Positions 46,913 through 55,807 of a stretch of DNA of 64,000 nt are shown here, one piece after another; within the stretch, counting starts at the first letter, position 1; the number at the start of each line of letters is the position of its first letter. Source of the stretch: a virus; IMG/VR virus record IMGVR_UViG_3300027749_000051, positions 61,155 through 125,154 of that record; one strand, 5' to 3'. A model generated the notes under the pieces. That model was not told the DNA's origin and did not search any database. It saw nothing but the letters and a program-made list of their open reading frames with translations. The position numbers were made by a program, and so were the translations under genes.

Positions 46913-47026
46913 AACACAAATGTATAAAATATCAATGAAATAAAAAAATTATTTATGATATATTTTATGACGGCATCCAAATTAATCTTCAGCCCCTTTT
47001 GTGTATCTTGAGTATTTATATGTAAT

Positions 47027-48085
47027 ATGAAACAACTAATTAGACGCGTATTACGGGAACATACAAGAGAGATGGGTGAAGGAGGAAATAACCAAATGTT
47101 TATTAATGCCACTGCAGATGAAGTTAGACAAGAAGCAGAAAAATATAAGGGCGTAGGTAAGGGTTATGGTATAAACGCGTTTAATCGTGAGTCTAGTAGT
47201 GCTGCCGAGAGGGCTCGTGTACTAGGAATTTTTGATGAGATTGATAATGCTATTCGAAAACGCGATTTTTATAAAAATTTGAGTAAAGATGAAATAAATA
47301 AAATAAGAAAAGAAAAAAGATCAGACATAAATAAGCAAAACTATGAAAAAAGGAAAAAAACGAATGGTAAAATAAAATATGAAGAAGAATTTGTTGGGAA
47401 ACACTTTAAGATTCTACATAAAAATTGTTCGGTTGATGTTGAATTAAAAATTGATTTACCAAATGTAACTAGAGTAGTGTTCAACAGTTTATCCAATGCA
47501 AATAAGTTAGAAACTATATTAGATTTTGTGTTAAATAATTCTGATAGAAGTATTGATGATAATTTGTCAATAATTACGGATAATATGTTATTGACGTTTA
47601 TTGATAATATGGTCAAAAGTGATTTAGAATGTATTTTCCCTGTTTTAGAAAAGGGAACAAATAACATAATAATTGATAAAGGGAGTTTTATTGAAGTTAA
47701 AAACAAAGAATGGGGTAAGTCAGACTTTTTATGCGAGGTTTTTAAACCTGATAGTAAATCTAAATTCTTAAAACGGTTAAAACAGAAATATGGTGATCAT
47801 AATATTACAAATTATATTGATATGTTAAATACGTTATTAGTTAATAAATTACCTGAAGACTCCGGAAACAAAGTAATTGGGGATATTAGAAAGAATACCT
47901 TTGGGGTCTTTTTCGGTGACTATGTTTTTGTTAAAATGGAGAATATTACATTGAAATGGAAACCTATTGGTTATGCAAGGAAGACAAGGATTGCAATCAA
48001 CTATACGGTTGATGCAGATGCTAAAAAATATAAGTTAAATCTAACTAAAACGGATATAAATGATATTGATGCAGTTAGTCATTAA
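47027..48085 (+). CDS. Hypothetical protein with MKQLIRRVLRE leader
   Basis: 352-aa ORF; upstream 25 nt identical to those of copy E. Confidence 0.75.
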   Translation: MKQLIRRVLREHTREMGEGGNNQMFINATADEVRQEAEKYKGVGKGYGINAFNRESSSAAERARVLGIFDEIDNAIRKRDFYKNLSKDEINKIRKEKRSDINKQNYEKRKKTNGKIKYEEEFVGKHFKILHKNCSVDVELKIDLPNVTRVVFNSLSNANKLETILDFVLNNSDRSIDDNLSIITDNMLLTFIDNMVKSDLECIFPVLEKGTNNIIIDKGSFIEVKNKEWGKSDFLCEVFKPDSKSKFLKRLKQKYGDHNITNYIDMLNTLLVNKLPEDSGNKVIGDIRKNTFGVFFGDYVFVKMENITLKWKPIGYARKTRIAINYTVDADAKKYKLNLTKTDINDIDAVSH

Positions 48086-48166
48086 TTGGAAACTTAATAA
48101 TCTAAACCCTCCCCATAAAGGAGGATTTTACTTTACATTAATTGTATTAATTGATATTTTTAATAT

Positions 48167-48418
48167 ATGAAAGAATCAATAATAAAGATGCATTCTAAAA
48201 TTTCCAGTTGGTTATCTAATTTATATAATATTGACACCGAATCAAATGATTTATTATGTGAGAAATGGAATAAAGAAGACGCCATCAAACGTAAGAATAA
48301 TTTTATGAATGAATTAAGAAATAATCATATGGTCTCTATCACCAATTTGGAGTGGGTTGAAAAAGAATTGGATAAAAGAATTATTGAACAAGAGACCGAA
48401 AGATTAAATAAAATGTAA
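48167..48418 (+). CDS. Hypothetical protein
   Basis: 83-aa ORF. Confidence 0.6.
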   Translation: MKESIIKMHSKISSWLSNLYNIDTESNDLLCEKWNKEDAIKRKNNFMNELRNNHMVSITNLEWVEKELDKRIIEQETERLNKM

Positions 48419-48421
48419 ATT

Positions 48422-48646
48422 ATGGATAGAAATTTAATTGAGTTAACAAATGAAGATATAAATCTGACAATTATTGAGAATAATATTCTTTTACAAACAA
48501 CAGGTAATACAGATGTAATCTTTGAAAAAAAAGTAATGGACACCTTAATACAAGAATATTTGAATATTTCTGTTTTTGGTGTTAAATCGGATGAGGCTTG
48601 TGGTTGTGGGCATCACAAGATCTGTGGTTGTGGAGACAACAAGTAA
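48422..48646 (+). CDS. Hypothetical protein with Cys/His-rich tail
   Basis: CGCGHHKICGC; terminator at 48658-48692. Confidence 0.6.
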   Translation: MDRNLIELTNEDINLTIIENNILLQTTGNTDVIFEKKVMDTLIQEYLNISVFGVKSDEACGCGHHKICGCGDNK

Positions 48647-48733
48647 TATGAAAAATTAAAGGGATGAACTTAATATAGTGAATCCCTTTTTTTATGACTT
48701 CTTTTTATTATCTTTATAGAAAATAAATTATAG

Positions 48734-49393
48734 ATGTCAGACAAGTTTTCAGATTCAATTGGTAGGCTGTTAGGATTGCGTTATAAGTCGCATCCTTGGC
48801 ATGGTGTTCACATTGGTGTTAATGCTCCCGAGAGTGTTACAGCGTTTATTGAGGTGGTCCCAACGGACACCGTTAAGTATGAAATAGATAAAAGCACAGG
48901 TTATCTAAAGATAGATAGACCACAACAATTCTCAAATGTTGTTCCAGCATTATATGGATTTATCCCACAAACATATTGCGGAAAATTGGTTGCCAATGTA
49001 TGCAGTCAAAAAAATGGGATGGAAGAAATCAAGGGTGATGAAGACCCATTGGATATTATTGTTTTAACTGAGAAATCAATTCATCATGGAGATATCTTGG
49101 TAACTGCAAGACCAATTGGAGGATTTAGAATGATTGATGGTGATGAAGCCGATGATAAAATTATTGCGGTATTAAATAATGATTTTATATATGGGAAATT
49201 TGAAGACATTGATGATATTCCAGAAACAATCCTTAATCGACTTAAACATTATTTCACCACATATAAGGATTTACCGGGTGAAAAGAAAAACGCAACGATT
49301 ACTCATGTGTATAATAAAAAAGAAGCCCATGAGATTATTGGATTATCGATTGAGGACTATAACCAAAAGTTTGATAACATCGGAGATTTCTAA
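48734..49393 (+). CDS. ppa: Family I inorganic pyrophosphatase
   Basis: HPWHG, KYEIDK, LKIDR, YGFIPQTY, GDEDPLDI, DGDEADDKIIAV. Confidence 0.95.
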   Translation: MSDKFSDSIGRLLGLRYKSHPWHGVHIGVNAPESVTAFIEVVPTDTVKYEIDKSTGYLKIDRPQQFSNVVPALYGFIPQTYCGKLVANVCSQKNGMEEIKGDEDPLDIIVLTEKSIHHGDILVTARPIGGFRMIDGDEADDKIIAVLNNDFIYGKFEDIDDIPETILNRLKHYFTTYKDLPGEKKNATITHVYNKKEAHEIIGLSIEDYNQKFDNIGDF

Positions 49394-49563
49394 TGATTAA
49401 AGTTTATAAAGCGGTATATACTCACAAATGGTCGTTTCATTGGATCCCTTCAATCCAATTGTATAGTGAATCACATTCATTAACTCCTCAATCTATGAAT
49501 GGACTATATTTCTCAATCCAATTTGCTAAATGGGAATTTGTTATAGGATTTTATAACAAATAA
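49393..49563 (+). CDS. 56-aa hypothetical protein
   Basis: Manual: MIKVYKAVYTHKWSFHWIPSIQLYSESHSLTPQSMNGLYFSIQFAKWEFVIGFYNK; overlaps ppa stop (TAATG). Confidence 0.5.
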   Translation: MIKVYKAVYTHKWSFHWIPSIQLYSESHSLTPQSMNGLYFSIQFAKWEFVIGFYNK

Positions 49564-49600
49564 AAAAGACCTTCTACTAATTAAAGTGGAAGGTCTTTTT
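49562..49600. terminator. Bidirectional intrinsic terminator
   Basis: AAAAAAGACCTTCTAC-loop-GTGGAAGGTCTTTTT. Confidence 0.85.
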
Positions 49601-49617
49601 GTTTTGATTTAGGTTTG

Positions 49618-50211
49618 TTATTTCTTGTGAGATTTAACTTTTGAAATGGCGGTTTCCAATTCAGTTTTAATTGAGGTTGCCTTTTCTTTTGACGCTTTTA
49701 ATTTTGCGTTTGCTCCAAGTAAATCATTTGAAGAGATAAGTGTTTTTGATTCACTAATAGATGTTTCAACAACTGAAACTTCTGTTGTAATTGCTGCTAA
49801 CGCTTCTTTTCCGTCTTTACCCTTTGGTGCTTTTGATAACAATTCTTTATCGGTTGCAACCAATTCTGTTAATGAGATAATCAAAGTTTCGTTTTCTTTA
49901 ATTACTTCAGCCTCTTTCGCTTTAGACTTAGCTTTAACCTCAATTGCAAGATTGTTAACACCTGTTAACGATAGTTTAGAGGTTTTGTATGTCTTAAACC
50001 ATTTAGCCTTTTCAGATGCAAGAGTAATCTCGGTTTTTTGTAGAGAATCTACTAACGCTTTATATGCTTCAGGAACATATACATCAGCGCCAGCAACCTT
50101 TGCTGACTGAACCGATAGTTTAGTAATTTCAAACTCCTCAAGTGGGAATTTAGCACAAGATGTTAATAACACCATTGAAACCATAACAACAAATAATAAT
50201 TTTCTTTTCAT
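49618..50211 (-). CDS. Predicted lipoprotein with Ala/Lys/Glu-rich helical repeats (DUF4398-like)
   Basis: LLTSC lipobox; AGADVYVPEAY. Confidence 0.75.
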   Translation of the reverse strand: MKRKLLFVVMVSMVLLTSCAKFPLEEFEITKLSVQSAKVAGADVYVPEAYKALVDSLQKTEITLASEKAKWFKTYKTSKLSLTGVNNLAIEVKAKSKAKEAEVIKENETLIISLTELVATDKELLSKAPKGKDGKEALAAITTEVSVVETSISESKTLISSNDLLGANAKLKASKEKATSIKTELETAISKVKSHKK

Positions 50212-50341
50212 TTTGGATTTTAATTTTAATTTATTTTATTTTACAAACATAGATAAATACTTCGATATTACAAAGGATTCGTCTGAAAAAAATAATTAAT
50301 TTCTTTCCCCCTATTAACATATTTATATATAAAATATTACT

Positions 50342-51025
50342 ATGAATCGTAGCTACAGCAAAATTAGACACATGATGGAATCCAATATTAGATTGGAAAA
50401 ACGATTATTATCGGAACAAGCCGCAACAAACCCAACATCTACCAATGACAAGGCAATTGCCTTGGAAGCGTTAGATAACTTATCCAAAAATAACTTGGGA
50501 TATAAAAGTAAGTTTAAACCTGGATATCTTAACATTATCGGTGGTGTTGAAAAAGTTATTAATAGTTCTAACTCTGTTGGAACACATGCTGTTAGAATGA
50601 CACAATATTTGGTTTCGGACAAACCCGCAAATTATTCTAATGTAGATGTTCTTATCAGTGCATCAGGAGATAATGCTGTAAAAGATTTAACCGCAGATGA
50701 TCTTATTGGTTTAATTAACAATGGAGGAGCAACAGTGGATAAAATACGAACAACTGAGAGTCCATTTGACGCATCAGCAGCTTACATTTTCTTGACATTA
50801 ACTGAGACAGAAAAATTAACCCCACAAAATGCTCTTGCATTAATGAAATCGGTTAATCCAAATATCACGGACTCCATTTATAATGGAATTACAGAAAAAT
50901 GGCAAGCTGCAACCAGTACTGCAGATAAGGATTATTATAAAAAATTATCAGAAGTAATTCGTCCACAGGCGGCACCGGCGACACCTACTGCGCCATCAAC
51001 AGGAACACAAATTGCTCAAAAATAA
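50342..51025 (+). CDS. Hypothetical protein with MNRSYSKI leader
   Basis: Leader ends LLSE; PT-rich tail. Confidence 0.75.
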   Translation: MNRSYSKIRHMMESNIRLEKRLLSEQAATNPTSTNDKAIALEALDNLSKNNLGYKSKFKPGYLNIIGGVEKVINSSNSVGTHAVRMTQYLVSDKPANYSNVDVLISASGDNAVKDLTADDLIGLINNGGATVDKIRTTESPFDASAAYIFLTLTETEKLTPQNALALMKSVNPNITDSIYNGITEKWQAATSTADKDYYKKLSEVIRPQAAPATPTAPSTGTQIAQK

Positions 51026-51031
51026 TTTATT

Positions 51032-51319
51032 ATGGGAACATTAAGTTTTTTAGTTGCGAATTCGAATACATTGGAGTCAGTTTCAACTTTAACTCCATCA
51101 GTAACAATTTATGCCGAAGATTTGGGATTATGCCAATATTGTATTGATATAACAGAATCTTGTTGGGCATGTCTTACAACATCTCAACAAGTTTTTAATG
51201 ACGAAGCATTAACCTCTTCTGTAAGTGATGGATATTATTTGTTAAACTATTCAAACGGAAGTAATGCTGTTTGGTATATTGTCGGAGGATACCCGCAAGA
51301 AAGTAATTTTCTTAATTAA
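51032..51319 (+). CDS. Hypothetical protein
   Basis: 95-aa ORF with CxxC motifs. Confidence 0.65.
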   Translation: MGTLSFLVANSNTLESVSTLTPSVTIYAEDLGLCQYCIDITESCWACLTTSQQVFNDEALTSSVSDGYYLLNYSNGSNAVWYIVGGYPQESNFLN

Positions 51320-51333
51320 GGGATTCACCTTAT

Positions 51334-51677
51334 ATGAAATACCTTATAAGAGAAAACCAGCGTAGTAATGTCATAGATAAGTTTATCACACATTTGTTTG
51401 ATAGATATAGAAAGATTACACCTGAAGAAGATCCTAACATGACTTGGTGGTAGATGACGATGATATTATTATTTTAGAATTAAATGAGTTTGCCCCCTAT
51501 AATCAGTTTCATGTTGACGATAAGGTGTTTACGACAATTCAAAGAATGTTATCTCTTGATTATCTTGATGTTAAACGACATATTGGGTTTTGGATCCGAA
51601 AACATTTGGGAATAGAATATTGTGAGCCTTTAATTAGATTTGGGTCGGAAAAGATACCCCGACAATACCGAAAATAA
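51334..51677 (+). pseudogene. Frameshifted MKYLIRE-leader gene (two overlapping ORFs)
   Basis: 51334-51453 (MKYLIRENQRSNVIDKF...) ends in TAG; 51444-51677 continues in another frame and resembles the 54249 protein. Confidence 0.5.
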
Positions 51678-51701
51678 TATATTTATAATTAAACTTTTAT
51701 C

Positions 51702-51812
51702 ATGGGAAAGAAACGAGAAACGGTAAGAAAAGGAACAAGTCGGAAGTCATTAAATAAAGCTTCCAAACAAACAAAACTGAATAACATAGTTTTAAAGAAA
51801 TTCGGTTTTTAA
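51702..51812 (+). CDS. 36-aa basic peptide
   Basis: Manual: MGKKRETVRKGTSRKSLNKASKQTKLNNIVLKKFGF, between TATTTATA and a terminator. Confidence 0.55.
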   Translation: MGKKRETVRKGTSRKSLNKASKQTKLNNIVLKKFGF

Positions 51813-51817
51813 TTTAT

Positions 51818-51845
51818 AACCCTCATCTGAAAAGATGAGGGTTTT
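51818..51845 (+). terminator. Intrinsic terminator (GAAA loop)
   Basis: AACCCTCATCT-GAAA-AGATGAGGGTT. Confidence 0.85.
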
Positions 51846-51883
51846 CTTATTTATAATTCTATTTATATTAAACTAAAAAACTT

Positions 51884-52918
51884 ATGAAAAAAAATAAAAT
51901 AAATTATTCGCCTTTTAATTGCCCGTTATCAGGTATAACGAGTATTCAAGGTATTAGAGGTGTTGATGATTCACCAAATGTATATGTGTCAGGCACATTG
52001 ACTGACACAGCAAATGGTACCGCTGTAGGTCTCATTTACGATGGTCCTTTGACTTGTAATGGTAGTTTGGGTACTTGGTATCAATATTCATTTACAAGTC
52101 CTGATTTCGACGATGTGTTCAACACATCTTGTTACGGGCCAAATAATCTTGAAGACGGAGAAATCCAATTTGTTGGTTCATATAAAAGAACTTCCACAGG
52201 TCAAAATGCTTTGGGTATGTTATATGAAGGTCCATTGGATGGTAGTGGAACTTATACAACTATTTCACCAGATGAAGGAAATACTAAAAATGTATATGTT
52301 CATAGTGTTATGGGTGGATTCGCAGTTGGAAACTACGACACAGAATTATTTAATGGATTCTCATTTATCTACGATATTGAGAACGAAACATTTAACTATG
52401 TAAATCTTCCCGATTCCTATTCAACAACCCTTTACGGAATATGGCACAATGGTGGAACAAGTTACACAATCTGTGGTGGACACTTAAACATCGGTGTTAA
52501 ACAAATCAGTAAGGCATTTTTGGCAGATTATAATTCAGAAACAAATGAAGTTACAAATGTAAAAGATTATCAAGGACAAAATGAACCTTTGGACACAACT
52601 CTCACACATTTTGAAGGAATCACAGTTGGAGGAAAAAACTCTTATAATTTGGCCGCAGGATTTGCCAACACTGAAAATGGCGGAGGCGCAGCATTTGCCA
52701 AAATTAAAAGAAATTCAGATGGAACATTCGGTGAAGCAGAATGGGTTACATTGGCTTACCCAAGTTCAGATGTTAAGATGTCAACTTCAGACACAGTATA
52801 CAAAAATAAGATACTGGGAATTACTGTTGGTAATTCTGGTAGTTTCTCTTACTTGGCAGAAATACTTTTTAAAAAGAAGAAATCATTTTTATGTAAATTA
52901 TTCAGTTGTTTTAAATAA
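51884..52918 (+). CDS. Hypothetical Gly/Thr/Tyr-rich beta-repeat protein
   Basis: 344-aa ORF with repeated G-x-x-Y-D/E-G segments. Confidence 0.75.
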   Translation: MKKNKINYSPFNCPLSGITSIQGIRGVDDSPNVYVSGTLTDTANGTAVGLIYDGPLTCNGSLGTWYQYSFTSPDFDDVFNTSCYGPNNLEDGEIQFVGSYKRTSTGQNALGMLYEGPLDGSGTYTTISPDEGNTKNVYVHSVMGGFAVGNYDTELFNGFSFIYDIENETFNYVNLPDSYSTTLYGIWHNGGTSYTICGGHLNIGVKQISKAFLADYNSETNEVTNVKDYQGQNEPLDTTLTHFEGITVGGKNSYNLAAGFANTENGGGAAFAKIKRNSDGTFGEAEWVTLAYPSSDVKMSTSDTVYKNKILGITVGNSGSFSYLAEILFKKKKSFLCKLFSCFK

Positions 52919-52924
52919 AATCTT

Positions 52925-52953
52925 AAACCCCTCCCTAATAAGAGGGGTTTTTT
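52925..52953 (+). terminator. Intrinsic terminator
   Basis: AAACCCCTC-loop-GAGGGGTTT plus T run. Confidence 0.85.
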
Positions 52954-52984
52954 ATTTCCCATATATTTATAATGATATACTTTA

Positions 52985-53629
52985 ATGAAATCAATTCAAA
53001 TAACCGAATCACAACTTAATAATCTTGTTAAGGAAATCTTATCAGAAGATGTTAATCCAAAACTTGCAAAGATCGCAATGGGTAAGCTCTATGATGACAT
53101 TAAAGATGCCGAGGTTATTCCATATAGAAGTTCCGTTTGGATTATTGATAGAAAGAATAAGTATTGGTATATCGAATATAGAGATGGTGGAGCAATGTAT
53201 TGGAGACGGGATTTCTTCCAAGATTTTTTCAATATGTTCTCAATGAAGGATAAGGATTTTGAGCCTCTTTTAGTCACCATGATGGAAGATATTTTAAATA
53301 ATTATAAAGACATTTTAAAAAATATTGAGAAACCAGAATATACATCAGTAGAAGATGACCTCCGAAAAAATAATGGGGACACATTTATTTCACCCACATC
53401 TTTAGGGTATAACACAGGTTATGAAGATATCCCCAATCAGAAGGTAAAATCATCAGATCCATCATATAATAGAGAAACTCATACGGTGGGGAGCATTCTG
53501 AAAAATAATACAACCTCACCAAAAACAGATGTGGAAGATGTTCTAAAACATAAAGTAAAAACCCCAATGCCAGGATTTTTATCCTCAACTAATCCTTTGG
53601 ATAAAGTCCTAAAATCAACAGAACAATGA
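52985..53629 (+). CDS. Array-fused family protein, copy G (decayed repeats)
   Basis: Domain WIIDRKNKYWY...YWRRDFFQDFF; repeat relics at 53281, 53347, 53419, 53485, 53530, 53596 (spacing 66, 72, 66, 45, 66). Confidence 0.8.
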   Translation: MKSIQITESQLNNLVKEILSEDVNPKLAKIAMGKLYDDIKDAEVIPYRSSVWIIDRKNKYWYIEYRDGGAMYWRRDFFQDFFNMFSMKDKDFEPLLVTMMEDILNNYKDILKNIEKPEYTSVEDDLRKNNGDTFISPTSLGYNTGYEDIPNQKVKSSDPSYNRETHTVGSILKNNTTSPKTDVEDVLKHKVKTPMPGFLSSTNPLDKVLKSTEQ

Positions 53630-54252
53630 AATACATTATAACCGAAGAACAATATAATCTTATATTAGAGAACGAAGAAGGAAAACCATTCAAAAGTGTT
53701 GTTAAAAACATTTGTGATAGTGAAAAGTTCTGCAGTGCTCAAGGTAAAATTACCTTCGGTCAATTAAAAGCAATTGTTGATTCAGCGACAACTGAAAGAT
53801 TTATGAAATCTCTTGGTGAAGGAGGATATAAGGCAACCCTTCGTCTTATCCCATTTTTCTTACCTCAACTATCCATTGCAGGTTTCGTTGGATCCAGCAT
53901 TAGGGCAATTGATAAATTATTAAAGCCAACCATAACGGAAACAACAAAATATAAAACATGGTGGGGAAAAGTTATTATGAAAGTGTTTAATCTTGTTGAA
54001 GGAGAATTAAACTTAACAGATCCTTTCTCAAGAATATTTTTTATATCTGATGGTTTAATGACCATTATGGATGACAAGTTTAAACGAGCATTCGCTCGAC
54101 ACATTGCAGATATTGCAAGTGAAAAATCTGATAGTGAAGAAGTACCTGAGTTTTTTGTTGAAAATGAATTGAGAAAATGGATTAATGAGAAGTTTTTATT
54201 AAACCCACCATTACCACCAAAAACATACGAAGAAGAAGATTACACAATATGA
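53626..54252 (+). CDS. Hypothetical protein with MKYIITE leader
   Basis: 208-aa ORF, ATGA overlaps. Confidence 0.75.
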   Translation: MKYIITEEQYNLILENEEGKPFKSVVKNICDSEKFCSAQGKITFGQLKAIVDSATTERFMKSLGEGGYKATLRLIPFFLPQLSIAGFVGSSIRAIDKLLKPTITETTKYKTWWGKVIMKVFNLVEGELNLTDPFSRIFFISDGLMTIMDDKFKRAFARHIADIASEKSDSEEVPEFFVENELRKWINEKFLLNPPLPPKTYEEEDYTI

Positions 54253-54608
54253 AATACATTATAACCAAAGGACAACTACATAAAATTGCTTATCAACTAT
54301 TGGATGATCAGTTAAAGAATAATGGTGGATTTGAAGAAAACGAAGATTATGGTAATCATCGTTTTTCATTAGAAGATAAGAATGGAGATAGAATAATATC
54401 GGCAATCCATTATTCTGAAGAAAATGGAAGAGGAGAGACTCATGCATTTATTGGATGGAGGCTTATTCACACGATGTCTAAATTATTTTCAATTCGTCCA
54501 ACAAAAGCCGTTGATATTATTGGAGATTGGTTAAGTGAAACATTAAATCTTGAGATAGATGAGATTGATTTTGACAACACACATAAACCAGATAGTGACG
54601 ATTATTAA
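54249..54608 (+). CDS. Hypothetical protein with MKYIIT leader
   Basis: 119-aa ORF. Confidence 0.75.
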   Translation: MKYIITKGQLHKIAYQLLDDQLKNNGGFEENEDYGNHRFSLEDKNGDRIISAIHYSEENGRGETHAFIGWRLIHTMSKLFSIRPTKAVDIIGDWLSETLNLEIDEIDFDNTHKPDSDDY

Positions 54609-54988
54609 TGAAATACATTATAACTGAAAAACAACACCATCAGATTAGCGATAGAATAATTGATATTGCAATGGATAAACTTTATGATGATCTTAAAGTC
54701 GTAAAAATTATCCCATATCGCGGAGATGTCTGGTTTATTGACCCGAATACAAAAGAATGGTATTTTAAATATGGGCAAGATGAGGATGGAAGAAATGGAG
54801 TCTTAACCTATAGAGCAGACATTTTTGAAAACTTTTTCAGGATATTCTCAATGATGTTATCAGATTATGAACCCCTCTTAATTGATTTGGTTTTTAATGT
54901 GGTTGAAGAACCAATAGTGGATGTCCAAATTAGTAGATCAAACAAATCCCAAGAAGTTAATGATGTTCTTGACTCAATTAAGAAATAA
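54608..54988 (+). CDS. Array-fused family protein, copy H (domain only, no clear repeats)
   Basis: KLYDDLK...IIPY...WFIDPNTKEWYF...FENFFRIFSM...YEPLL. Confidence 0.75.
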   Translation: MKYIITEKQHHQISDRIIDIAMDKLYDDLKVVKIIPYRGDVWFIDPNTKEWYFKYGQDEDGRNGVLTYRADIFENFFRIFSMMLSDYEPLLIDLVFNVVEEPIVDVQISRSNKSQEVNDVLDSIKK

Positions 54989-55366
54989 TTAAGAATACTT
55001 CTGACTATTTTTTGCCATTTCAATCAAACTTCTTAAACAAGATAATTCTGTATCTGTATGTGCTTCAGATTCTCTATTTATGGGGTAACTTTTTTGTCCT
55101 TTATCCACTGTTTTTGAGATAAAAAACCCACAAATCCCATTAGATTGTATCGAAATCTCCGAAAATATCCTGTATTTTTCCTTAAAAAATAAGAATGATT
55201 GTTGAAAAGTAGGAGCAAAAACCCCATTTTCTTCTAAAATAAGGGTATTTTCATCGTTTTTTAGTAGTCCTTGAGGGTCATAAACCGCCTCACAAGGGTC
55301 ATTAAAACCAAGATTTTTCAGGGAAATAGCCTCCTGATAGGGTATAAATTCGGTATTTTCGGTCAT
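54989..55366 (-). CDS. Hypothetical phage protein
   Basis: EFIPYQEAISLKNLGF...APTFQQ...TELSCLRSLIEM. Confidence 0.75.
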   Translation of the reverse strand: MTENTEFIPYQEAISLKNLGFNDPCEAVYDPQGLLKNDENTLILEENGVFAPTFQQSFLFFKEKYRIFSEISIQSNGICGFFISKTVDKGQKSYPINRESEAHTDTELSCLRSLIEMAKNSQKYS

Positions 55367-55372
55367 ATTTTA

Positions 55373-55537
55373 TTAATTATTTCGGTTCATACACTTAGCA
55401 AGCAATAGTTCAGAGTGAAGTTCTCTCATTCTAACATTAAGTCCTTCAATCTCTTCTTTCAGAGTTTCAATTTTCTTTTTTAAATCTTCATTTTCTTTAA
55501 TGAGATTTAACCATTCTTCAGTTCTCATATGATCCAT
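55373..55537 (-). CDS. 54-aa coiled-coil protein
   Basis: Manual: MDHMRTEEWLNLIKENEDLKKKIETLKEEIEGLNVRMRELHSELLLAKCMNRNN. Confidence 0.6.
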   Translation of the reverse strand: MDHMRTEEWLNLIKENEDLKKKIETLKEEIEGLNVRMRELHSELLLAKCMNRNN

Positions 55538-55540
55538 AAT

Positions 55541-55798
55541 TTAAATAGCGATTGTGGTGTGATTAAAATTCCAGATCCTTACAAGTCTATCATATTGTTC
55601 AGTTGGGATATATCCTTTTAATGGAGTCCAATTCATAACACAAGATGAATGGACAATGCCATGTTCAGTATCAAATATCCAATAGTTATCGTCTTCGTCC
55701 TCAAGAACACCAACAAGTCTGACAACTTCAAATAGATCCAGTACTAATGTGTCTTTATAAAATTTTAATTCTTTTTGTAATTCGTTAAGTGTTGCCAT
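55541..55798 (-). CDS. Hypothetical protein
   Basis: 85-aa ORF in minus-strand operon. Confidence 0.7.
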   Translation of the reverse strand: MATLNELQKELKFYKDTLVLDLFEVVRLVGVLEDEDDNYWIFDTEHGIVHSSCVMNWTPLKGYIPTEQYDRLVRIWNFNHTTIAI

Positions 55799-55807
55799 AT
55801 TTGAAAT

